Below, in pieces: positions 53,742 to 64,000 of a stretch of DNA of 64,000 nt. The position numbers and the translations under genes are program-made. This DNA is from Antedon mediterranea (lineage: Eukaryota > Animalia > Echinodermata). A model generated the notes under the pieces. It did no database searches and was not told the origin of the DNA. It saw nothing but the letters and a program-made list of their open reading frames with translations. The DNA is taken from positions 26,660,001 to 26,724,000 of the forward strand of contig NC_092674.1 in assembly GCF_964355755.1 (NCBI RefSeq), given 5' to 3'. The stretch's first letter is position 1. Every line of letters starts with the position of its first letter.

Positions 53742-56700
53742 ATGACGACTCGCCGCCGTTTGATATCATGCCTGGTAATTTGCGTGGCCGTGCAAACGTT
53801 TTTTGGCCTCACATATATCTTTTCTAATAGCAACTATTATATGCATTCAATTGGAAAGTATGTGTTAGAAAATGAGATTGAGTTTCGCCATTCAATCAAT
53901 TATTCTAAAAGAAAAGCAAGCAGACCACGTGATCATAGACCTAAAATTCCAATTATCAGGCGACAACCGCAGCAGAGACAAAAAGGACACAAGCGAAACA
54001 ACTGTAATTTTTTTTTTTCTTATGTAGGATCGACCCACTTTTATTTCTTCATCAATAAAATGTTCGTTTACAATGCATTGCATTGCACATGAGTAATGTA
54101 ATGATGCAATACAATATAACTGACATTAAATAACTTTCAGTACATCTGATATCTCACTCCTACCATTGCATTTTATATATAATAGTATAAGGAAAGAAGA
54201 AAAAAAAATACTTTCCTCTATGTTATACACTCGTTTTTCAATCCTTAACAATGTACGTATAATTTACCACAGAATTCTTTATTGTATAACTCTTTTTATC
54301 TCTTTCAGGCAATCAAAAAAAGTTATATTTTACTTTACCTAAATATCAATTTTATAAACGTTAATTTTATACCTTGCTAAATTGTTACGGTCCATATCTG
54401 ACGACATTTTTGTTGCCTTTTCTTTATTTATTAAAAACTGACAATTGATTATACCTTCTAACTCAGCAGTGAACATTAACCATGGACATGTTTTAACAAG
54501 TCCTAGTCTATGTTTGACTTTACTTTTATAAACATAGAAAGTTAAAATGGAAAATATTTCATTAATTTTGACATCATATTTTCAAAGTACAATTTTCTCC
54601 CATGTAACTTCCTGAGTAAATTCAAAACATGTTTTCAGCATAGCGCAACATTTTACCCAGCAATGTTTTACTTCTTTGCATGTAAATAACATATGCTTTT
54701 CATTTTCAACCTCCTCATTACAATATTCACAATAATTACTGTTTGACAAATTCCATAATTTTAGCTTACACTTAGTTGGTAAAATTTTATGTAGCAGCTT
54801 AAAATTAAAGAAAGCCACTCTTTTTATGTGCAACATACTCTTAACTTTGTTTTTCCAACATAGATTCCAGTCAATAAAACAATTTTGAAGTTGGTTTTCC
54901 CATTTATCTTGTGTTTTTGGTATGCACGCTTTATATGCTACATCGATAAAAGTTGAATAGAATTGTTTGACAGTTGTATAATTTGAAGTAACATTAAATT
55001 TTTGTCTATTGTATCAACCTCTTTATGTATTTAACAATGTTTCTCAACCACTATAACTTTCCAGCTTCTCGGAATAGCGTCAATTAGTGCCATATATATT
55101 AACAAGGCCAACAGCCATAAGTCGCGTGCTAAAACGCATAGTGATACCGGACCGACAGACAGACCGACAGACCGACCGACCGACATAGTGAACTATAGAG
55201 TCGCGTCCACGCTACTAAAAATGCATTTTCCCTTCGTTTCAACAGTGAAGTTATTTCATTAATATGCTTAAATCTAGACTTAACCATAATATCTCCTACT
55301 GTTTTTATACCTGAATTCACCCAAGATTTAAATAATAGTGATTTTTAGTCGCGTGGACGCGACTCTATAGTTCACTATGTCGGTCGGTCGGTCGGTCTGT
55401 CGGTCTGTCTGTCGGTCCGGTATCACTATGCGTTTTAGCACGCGACTTATGGCTGTTGGCCTTGTTTGTTATGCATGACATATATATTCTCCCATAACCT
55501 CTTAGTTTTTATTTCACATATACATTGAGGATTTTTAGCATAAATATTATTAAACCGTATGCAGGCTTTAAGCATATTATTTATATAGAATGTATTCACA
55601 TATTTGAGTGCATTATGCTTCTCAAAGTTTGCTTCCGTCATACTTAATGTATAATCAATTGGATATAAATTGTATAATGGAATACATTTCCACTTTCCTG
55701 GATCCGGGCTTAGTAAACGTTTTACCACCCAGCCTAACTTTAAAGATTCAATCATAGAGTTAAAGTCACTCATTTTAATCCCACCATTTTCAATGTTTTG
55801 TATCAAAGTATTTCTTTTAATTTTTTCTTTATTACCACTCCATAAAAATTTGTATAAAATCTTGTTAATTTCAGGAATAATAGATTTCGGCAAGTCTGTG
55901 ACACTTGCATTATAAATAAGTTTTGATAACGCAGTGTTTTGATTACCGTGATTTTCCCAAAGAATGATATTTGTCTTTTTTCCCAAGTTTTAAGGATCTT
56001 TTTTAGATTTTCAATTTTCTCATACCAATTTTTTGTATTGCAAATATCCTTATCATAACCAATTTATTCGATTATTTATTGCAAACATATTATAATTATC
56101 AAAATACTTTGCAAAGTTTAAGTTTCATACCAGTCTCAATAAAGCTTAATGTGCCCAGGTATAGTAGGATATTCCAAAATATGGTAGGCCTAGTAGTGAT
56201 ATAACATCATCATGTCCATATATAGGAACATCACATTTTTTTTGTAGACTGAGCTTGAGATCCAGCAACGACACATTTGAATTAATTTAATTAATCAGCG
56301 GCCCTTAATGAATGTTGATCAGTGATGACGATGATGATGATGATGATGATGACGATGATTATGATGATGACGATGATTATGATGATTATGATGATGAATC
56401 TGTGATGATGATGATGATGATGATAATGATGATGACGATGATTATGATGATGATGATGATGAAGATGAAGGTGAATAGGATGATGATGATGATGACGATG
56501 ATGATGATGATGATGATGATGAAGATGAAGGTGAAAAGGATGATGACGAATATGATGATGGTGATGACGATTATGATGATGATGATGGTTCATCACTAGA
56601 AGGTTTCATATTTCTTTTAGTTGAATTGCATATCAACAGTACAGAAGACATTAGGAAACGATTGGTTGATATTGAAGGAAGTTTATTTACGTCATCAATA

Positions 56701-59700
56701 TGGACAGTTTCTGACAGTGAATGTAATGTCCCGTATGTAGAAGAACCGACTTCGATTTGTCGTAATATCACATGGCATTGTGGGTACAGTCCGACGTTTA
56801 CATACAAAGATAAAAACAAAAGGTTAGCAGATTTCAGATTAAACACTTTTGCTAAAAATTTACTCGCGTGTGTCACGCGTTTAATATCAAAGTCGTCATG
56901 AAAAATCTAGTAAAGTGTAGGCCTAGGCCAAATGGAGAATGCTTTCAATCGATTTGATTGGCAGTCCTTGTCTTTATACATTTAAATTAATCCTTGTTCA
57001 CATTTTTATTTTCAGTACATTAAAAGTGAATTGTGAAGGCCCATTCCGAATAAACTTCGTCACCCGGGAGGAAGGCGAGTTTTTACTTTCCAACAACAAA
57101 TATTCCCCGGATGCCGTGTATCACAATTACCAGGGTCCGACTGAAATCAACTTTACTACACAATATGCTGACGTCATTTGTAATAAATCGACAAATGGAA
57201 AGTAAGAACATCATATCAATACGCCACGTTGCGTCGCAGCGTGCCATACCTCGTCAGGATCGAGTCTTTAGACTAACATTTATTTATTAGTTAGGCCTAA
57301 CCATATACATTAATCAACAGAATAACATCTATTTATTTAATTACATAATAATCTGTGCCATGTTTTTCAGCGTAAAAGAATACCACAACTATCGAACTCA
57401 ATTTATACCGAACAAAAACGCCGAGAAAAAACAGCGTCAGAAGTTTGATAAAACGGTAAGTTAATTAACGGATAGTTAATAATCACGGATTTATAGCCTA
57501 GTGCTATCGCAGAACTGTGACGTCACGTCACGCGCGCCGTTCAAATGTGTTGATATAAGCGTGTTGACTTTGATAATGTTTGTTTTGTAATTTATTACGT
57601 CATTTTAGAAGGAAGATGAACCAGATTGGCAGCCATTGTCGATTCTCTCCATCAATCTGGATTCTCTGTCTCGTCCACAATTCCATCGAACTTGTGGTTT
57701 ACCGAAAACAGCCAAGTATCTGCATCAGCTATACTATGCGCAATTTGGAGGTAATCATTTAAATGAACTTTGAAAGCCAATAAGTTCAGTAATAGTTAAA
57801 CGGGTTTTTTTAAGTTCATTATGAAACAGCAATGGACAGTGTAAAGGGATACAAAATTGATTCAATGCTCAATTTGGTGGACAGAACTTAGAACGTAGAT
57901 TCCCGGGATAGGTTCGGTCATGGAGGTACCTTCATGGTTCGGTTATGAACTAAAGAGGGTATAGGGAGAATCAGACGGTAAGGAGACAACATTTATTAAA
58001 GTCGATTGGTCCATTATGACTGAATACTATTGTTAGGCATACTTTATTGATGATTATGGGAGTGTTTTTTGTTTTGCCAGGGACGAGTAGTGGTCAAGTC
58101 ACACAAGATTACAGCCATCAGGCGTTCCTATTCAACCGGGCAAATTCTATCGGGGGAGTTACCGCTATGAACTTAACACCACTTTATGCTGGTAATACGT
58201 CTTTGTACAATTTGAGCTCTGTCTACACTATCAAATCAAATATATGGTAGTGATTTATTATGCCCAAATATGGTAGTGATATGACATCATCATGTCTACA
58301 TTTGGGCACATCACATTTTTTTGTCACATATAATGTTTGATAGTGTAGACAGGGCGGCTTTAGAGGAAATACATTAATATTAAACTGTAGTAAATTATAA
58401 TCTAGGTCTACTGTATTTCGTAAAAAGTCTTTTTTCGTGATTTAGGCATTTATTTTTCCAGTGGGGACGACCAGACAAGAATTACAGAAAAGAGGTAAGT
58501 TTATAGGGTCTCCTGCTTATTGTCAGCGCCGCGCGCGCGTAAGAATGATGAAACAAAATGGTGAAATTTTTTTTTATTTCTTGATGATGATCTGAAATTG
58601 AATAATTATAATATTAGTATAAAGATGGTTATATTTACAGATTTACAAAAAAAGTTAATGAATGGATTTGGGATTATGCAAATGAGCGAGGTTACGTCAC
58701 AAGCTATGGTCTCGACAATGGCAATGGTCTTTTCGGTACACGTACAGTTTGTAAGGTAGTGCATATTTTATAACGTAAAATTAAAAAGAACATTGAAATT
58801 TAAAGTTAATTTAAAATGGATCAATCGTTCTGATATTGGATATTGCCGCCCTCTGTAACTTGTGTTAATTTTGTTGATAGATCTTGTGATATCTAAAATG
58901 TTATGTATGTCGCCCTCTATAATTCTTATAAATGTTTATATCTAAAATTTTCAGTTTGACACACTCAATGGCATTTATATAATTATAAGTAATTTTTTTA
59001 ATCGATTTTTAAAAATTTTCTAGCAATTATTGCCATTTCTTTTTTTTTTCTTTCACTGTATATCATATTTAGAATTGCACCGATCGACCAGGAGTTCTTC
59101 CCTACTGGGAGCATGGATGGGTTAAATTGGAAAATAAAGAGGTAACACATCCCTTAATTTTTCATGTAGGCCTAGCATACTTTTTCGGGCCAATTTACTG
59201 AATAAAAAATTCACAAATTTATTATTTCTAAATTTGTATTTTCATTTTTGATTTTCAGATTTCTCCAGGTGTCTTATCAGGACTTTGTGTCGGTGATCAC
59301 ATGGCGCATGATTACATTTTAAACTACACACGTGACTTCCTGAAACGAGATTATCCAGCTAAATGGACTGCGTTTGATTTGAACGCTCATCATCGGTATG
59401 TACGCGCCCAGCGATTTTTTTTTCGTACATAAGGAGTGAAAGATAGCCGAAAACTAATCCTAATATAATTAAACATAACCCTCTAAATAATCTCTGTCTC
59501 ACTATAAAGAAAAAAAGTAGTTGCTTGTGGGATTCGAACCCCGACATGCGAAGTTCATCATCCATTCGACTACACAGACGGATCGACGTAAAACATTTGC
59601 GTTAGCGAATTGTAGTTAGCTTAATTCTTACGTCACACTTTATGGTTTTGACTAATGAATATTCATGTGTATTTTGTGACGTTTCGTGGGAGGGTCCCAA

Positions 59701-62423
59701 ACTTATGTACGAAAAGAAATATCGCACGCGGCGATCACGGCCGCTGTATATTGTCAATTTAATATGATTCCTTATTTCTCGTACTGTTCAGATGAGTTGT
59801 AATGTTGATGGTAATTTTTTGTTGACAGGTTTGAAGATGAATCAATCAACCAAGTCGATGAGAGTCTTGTGCACTTCCTTCAGAATGTTTTAAGTGAAAA
59901 CAAAAATTTAGTTGTGGTAAGCATATTAGTGTAATGTACTTGATTTAACAATTACGGAGGCTTAAACTGACCTCGAGTTTCCGATACGCGAAAGGTTACT
60001 TTAAGCTTCCGTATATTTAATATTACATCGTATATAGTATATCACTGTGTAATGTCCACTACTTAACATTAACAGTATAACATTTATTAATGAAACCATT
60101 GATATCTACAGCTGTTGTTTGGAGACCATGGAGACCAATATCACCGTGGAAACCTCAATATACATCCGGGTAGTCAAATTGAAGTTTTTCTTCCGTTTGT
60201 TAGTATGATACTTCCTCACCATGTCTTAGAATCAAATCCAAAATGGCGGAGCAATTTGCTGATAAATAGTCAACGGTACATGGTAGGTACGATTTCTTGC
60301 ATGCCTTTAAAGTTTACTTTTTATTTATTTCATGCATTTTCTTATCTTTCACATCCATAAGATCATAAGCTCTATATAGGCCTAAATTTAAATGTACATT
60401 TTTTAGAATTGAACCCCATTCACTCACTCTGTAACTGCGGTGGTATGGTATACACATATTTTTTACAAATTACAATATTTGATTAATAGGCCTAAAGTAT
60501 ATAAGTTAGAACAACATGCACAAATACACCGTAAATGATGGAACACCATACCTCGCGGTATTCGCCGCTTTCGAATTTCGCGCTTTGCAGCAAACTTTCA
60601 CTGATAGGTAAGTTGACCCAACGAATCTGAGTCAAGTCTGTCGCCGGGTCGTATATCACGTGACATTATAAGTGCGCAGACGCGGGGCAGTCGGTCATTT
60701 ACAGTTGGATAAAATAAGGTTTCCTTTACCCGGGTTCAATAGAGCATCGTGTTAAACGTCGAGCAGTAAAGGAAGTTCAACAAACAAGGTAGGTAGTTCA
60801 AGTCTCTAACTAACCGTAAAATAAGTTTGTCTTTCAGCAAAAAAAAAATTAACATAACTACAAACACAAAACGCTAAATACCATAGCGATCCATATAAAC
60901 GCGAATTGAAAAAAAAAACTCGAAAAGACCGTTTTTACTGGCTATGAAATTTCTCTTATTTTTCTTTTATTTAGGTGTTCTATGATCTTCATCAAACGAT
61001 GAAATCTCTGATGCACTATCCCAAAATACATGAGATCAAGGGTCATATTCATGATAAATCATACAATATTTTAAATCAGACCATTCCAAGGTAGGAGTGC
61101 TCAAATATTGGATGAAATAGGCTTCAAGTTAAAATCCAACTTTTTAAATGCGGCTTTAATGACGTATGATTTTAACAAATCGATGAAGAACAATTATATG
61201 GAATGCCAAGATTTTGTAACAAAACAAGTATATTTCAACAGGTCACGTGGATGCTATGACGCTCGGGTACCATTATGGTCTTGTGCTTGCAGACAACAAA
61301 AGGTACTTATTTTTTAGTAATGTACTTATGGGACGGGGACATCCATAATCTGATAAAGCAAAAATATTAGAGGCCATAAGGCGGTAGAAGGTTGACGCCT
61401 GACGTCTGACAACAACAATTGCTTAAAAAGTCAAAGAGATAATATTGAAAATTGAAGACTAATTTTTTAAATAATGTCTTAAAAGGTATTTACTGGTAAC
61501 TGGACAAACATTCACAAGAGATATGCAGAAATGGCAGCTGATGAAATAAATAAACACCACGCACAGGTAAAAAGTGAATTAAACTGCGTTCACACAAACA
61601 GATAAATCAAACATAGGCATATTATTGTATGTGGTAGGAAGAGATGTGCGTTCACACGTACGCCGAGAGTGGCGTGACTTACGCAAGTCGTAAGGTAATC
61701 TAGAACGGAATATCTATGTTCTTCGTTAAACATAGAGTTTAGCTGGTTTGGAACTGGCCTATTCTTACGTCGTGGTGGGCCTGATAGAACAGCTTTGTCA
61801 GATTGTAAAAATAGTAATAATGTAACTATTCCTTTCACACAGCACCCGCATTCACCGTGTATGGACGTAACAGTCGACAAAATAACGTCTGTCGTTGAGC
61901 AAACATTCGAGTATGGAGGAAGAGTGAAACGAGTTCAACATTATATACAATTTGATTCTCAACAAGGCCCATCCAAGTGGCAAGTACATGTTAATGATAG
62001 AGGCTCTTTTGAATATGTAAGTTTTAAAAATACATTCGTTAAAGCTTGGTTCCCACTAATGACGCAACGTAACGCAACCCAACGACGTATTGACGCAAAA
62101 TGGGAACCCGGACGACGCAACAATGCTGCAAACATCGCAGGTTTGAAAACAATTGGAAGGGCTTTCCTACGTTGCGTAGGTTGCGTTACGTTGCATCGCC
62201 AGTGGGAACCAAGCATAGCACGCAACACATTTAATGTCTGAAAGGATTCATCGTGCATTCCTCTTGGGCACCTTGATTTATCATTCTGTAAAAATTAATA
62301 TGATTTTTTTTCTTTTTATAGTTAAAACAAATTAGTCGCTACCAGAAATATGAAGATTGTCGAGACGTCCGAGTGTCAATAGAATTTTGTATTTGTCGTC
62401 AGTTCTCGTCGGACACTCCTTGA
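53742..62423 (+). CDS. DUF229-family (alkaline phosphatase/sulfatase-fold) type II membrane protein; exons 53742-54003, 56621-56783, 57016-57201, 57371-57455, 57609-57750, 58081-58191, 58462-58494, 58641-58755, 59073-59141, 59259-59395, 59829-59916, 60112-60282, 60975-61090, 61242-61302, 61486-61566, 61843-62016, 62322-62423
   Basis: N-terminal basic segment plus TM helix; motifs INLDSLSR..F.R..LPKT..YL, NSIGG.T..NL.PLY, WIW.Y....GYVT.Y..D, LFGDHG, FYDLHQTM, RGC.DA.VP..SC.C and ISRY....C.......FCIC match DUF229 as recalled. Junctions are GT-AG and in phase; AATAAA near 62689. Confidence 0.85.
55101..55220 (-). mobile_element. ~120-bp HINE/DINE-1-like element, copy 1
   Basis: Reverse complement of 55342-55465; has a subterminal inverted repeat, a GTCG/GTCT microsatellite and a CTTGTT end. 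Confidence 0.8.
55342..55465 (+). mobile_element. ~120-bp HINE/DINE-1-like element, copy 2
   Basis: TTTTTAGTCGCGTGGACGCGACT hairpin start, (GTCG/GTCT)n, a second ACGCGACT, ending GGCCTTGTT in a T-rich site. Confidence 0.8.
56322..56587. repeat. Imperfect (GAT)n microsatellite
   Basis: Directly visible; source of the poly-D/M/H ORFs. Confidence 0.97.
62044..62214. mobile_element. PIF/Harbinger-like MITE in the last DUF229 intron
   Basis: TIRs GCTTGGTTCCCACT / AGTGGGAACCAAGC with internal ACGCAAC repeats. Confidence 0.75.
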
Positions 62424-63004
62424 ACATCAGACTCACAATTTCGACTGTTTTACTGTCAAACATAACGTAACAACCACGTTATAAAATGGTGACTGTAGAC
62501 TCGAGACAATTTGAAACAGATCAGATTTACAAACACTAACGCTGATAAAGAGGTGGCAAAATCTTACAGACTTTTGATTTTAGTGTGATATTGTAAAGGG
62601 TGCTACTAGTATTTTAAGAGCCGTTATTTTTGTACGCAATAGATGGATCTGGTGTGCGTGAGTTGCAATTGTGTCACAAACTTGTTTAAATAAAGACTTC
62701 TTAAACATTAAGACAGTTGTTTGTTTGAATTTACCAAATCATAATTATTTCAGGAACCAGGGGAAAGTATTGCAGTGTATTTTTTTTGTTTTTTTTTTCG
62801 GCCTGGAGTATGAATAATTTCATCAAAGAATCTTATATTGTCGGTGACGCCACGATTTAAAATAGGAAATACTGTAGCTTGTTAATATTAAACCAAAAAA
62901 AGACCCTAACTTATATTTAGGTAATAACAGAAATACGTCCCGTGCCTAAATCCACCAGGAGAGACTCATTGTCTAAACTAAATCAAAGATTGTAGACTGA
63001 ATGT

Positions 63005-63120
63005 ACAATACCGCCCTCTATAAAAGGGTAAAGGGTGGTTAATTTGAATTTTAATTTCGAGGCTCGGAAGCCATCATTCAACGTTCATAAGATTTAATAT
63101 CTAGGATTTGAAGTTGAAAA
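63005..63120 (+). promoter_or_regulatory. Putative HMMR core promoter with GC box, TATA-like and CHR-like elements
   Basis: CCGCCC (63011), TATAAAA (63019) and TTTGAA (63043 and 63107) within 110 bp of ATG 63121. Confidence 0.45.
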
Positions 63121-63970
63121 ATGGCCTTTTCTAAGTCAAAATTGAAAAGGTTCAATGAAATTGTCCGTAAGTAAATATTAATATTACATAAATATGCATT
63201 TCATGTCATAAAATAGGCCTTAATATCTGCTAAAAGCTATGCTTCTTCTTGGCTGTAGTAGATAGAGTTAGCCTAGGCTAGGCCTAGTAAGCCAAGCAGT
63301 CCAGTGTGTGTAGTGTGACTCTCCTCTGTGTGTGTCATGTGCTGTCCTGCGTGAGTGACCGTCTACACTGGGGCCTGCTAAGGGTTAGGCATAGATAAGG
63401 GCCTAGCTAGGCCTAGGGTACTGTATATCTAGCCAGGTTAAGCCCAGCCAGTCAAGCTAGTTATAGGCCATGCATGGAGCTTAAATTATTGCTCCCACGG
63501 CATGTGCTAATAAATATGTAAATTTTCAAATGCAATATTGCTTTTTTTTTTGTAAATATTAAAATAATTTACAGTATTTTAAGACCTCGCTCAATGGAAT
63601 ATTTGTTAAATAATATTATATAAAATTAATGGTCATAAATAACTATATTTTTGGTATTTTTCTTTTTTGATGAAATAATGTTTTTGATAAAAAATTACCT
63701 GTCTACTGAGGTGTGTAGTGTCAAAGACCGAATCAAATTGAATTTACAGACATTAAATATGTTTTAATAGGACTACCAGGCCCAGTAGAAAGTACCTCCT
63801 TTGTAGCTGTACTGTAGCTAAGTACTAAATAGGCTATATAATCCTAATTTTAACATTTTTTTAAACATTTAAAGCGTGTGGCCCTCCAGTTGGGAAATAC
63901 GATGTTACCCTTCAACAGAAAGCTGGAATTGCATGCTTTGACAAATCCGAAAGGTTTAAGCTGCCTAAAG
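63121..63970 (+). CDS. HMMR: Hyaluronan-mediated motility receptor (RHAMM), first two coding exons (63121-63166, 63875-63970); continues beyond the window
   Basis: Spliced MAFSKSKLKRFNEIVPCGPPVGKYDVTLQQKAGIACFDKSERFKLPK parallels the vertebrate HMMR N-terminus (MSFPKAPLKRFND..GCAP.PG.YDV...SF.KS.RFK). Absent from the ORF track. Confidence 0.85.
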
Positions 63971-64000
63971 GTTGGTTTGAAAAACATATTTGTTTACACA

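Larger units (their letters stand above)
54330..56060 (-). pseudogene. Degraded L1/Tx1-type LINE ORF2 3' part (zf-RVT region) in intron 1 of the DUF229 gene
   Basis: Broken ORFs SKLIY...INKILYKFLW...KIKRNTL...GG, and FKLLHKILPT...CEYCNEEVENEKHMLFTC (CCHC zinc finger). Confidence 0.85.

Noticed and set aside
56291-56599. Poly-His, poly-Asp and poly-Met ORFs
   Set aside because: Artefacts of an intronic (GAT)n microsatellite; the real exon starts at 56621.
59515-59580. tRNA gene on the minus strand
   Set aside because: Only a B-box-like GGTTCGAATCCC is clear and no cloverleaf could be built; more likely a SINE head.
61795-62258. 148-aa and 99-aa ORFs as separate genes
   Set aside because: They are a DUF229 exon (61843-62016) running into an intronic MITE, plus its antisense shadow.

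Overview
AT-rich, intron-rich animal DNA, most likely a marine invertebrate deuterostome such as an echinoderm (inferred from gene content and repeat types, not proven). Six genes were reconstructed by hand from GT-AG junctions with consistent phase: the 3' end of eIF5B (+); ALG11 (-) head-to-head with a copper P1B-ATPase ATP7 (+) carrying eight HMA repeats; a 336-aa single-CRD TNF-receptor-like membrane protein with a death-fold-like tail (-); a DUF229/sulfatase-fold type II membrane protein (+); and the 5' end of HMMR/RHAMM (+). Repeats include a near full-length frameshifted Rex/Babar-type LINE, an L1/Tx1 relic, SINEs, several MITE families, Helentron-type HINEs and a Penelope-type minimal hammerhead ribozyme. 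The most unusual structure is a foldback-like region of about 13-15 kb (37.0-52.7 kb). It holds two oppositely oriented 97-bp satellite arrays around a related 193-bp array, bounded by a ~55-bp inverted repeat whose right copy is split by a 2.66-kb TIR element. TAGGCCTA/CTAG-dense islands recur near gene 5' ends and predict an unannotated minus-strand transcript at about 49.8 kb. No database searches were run; family calls rest on recalled motifs.
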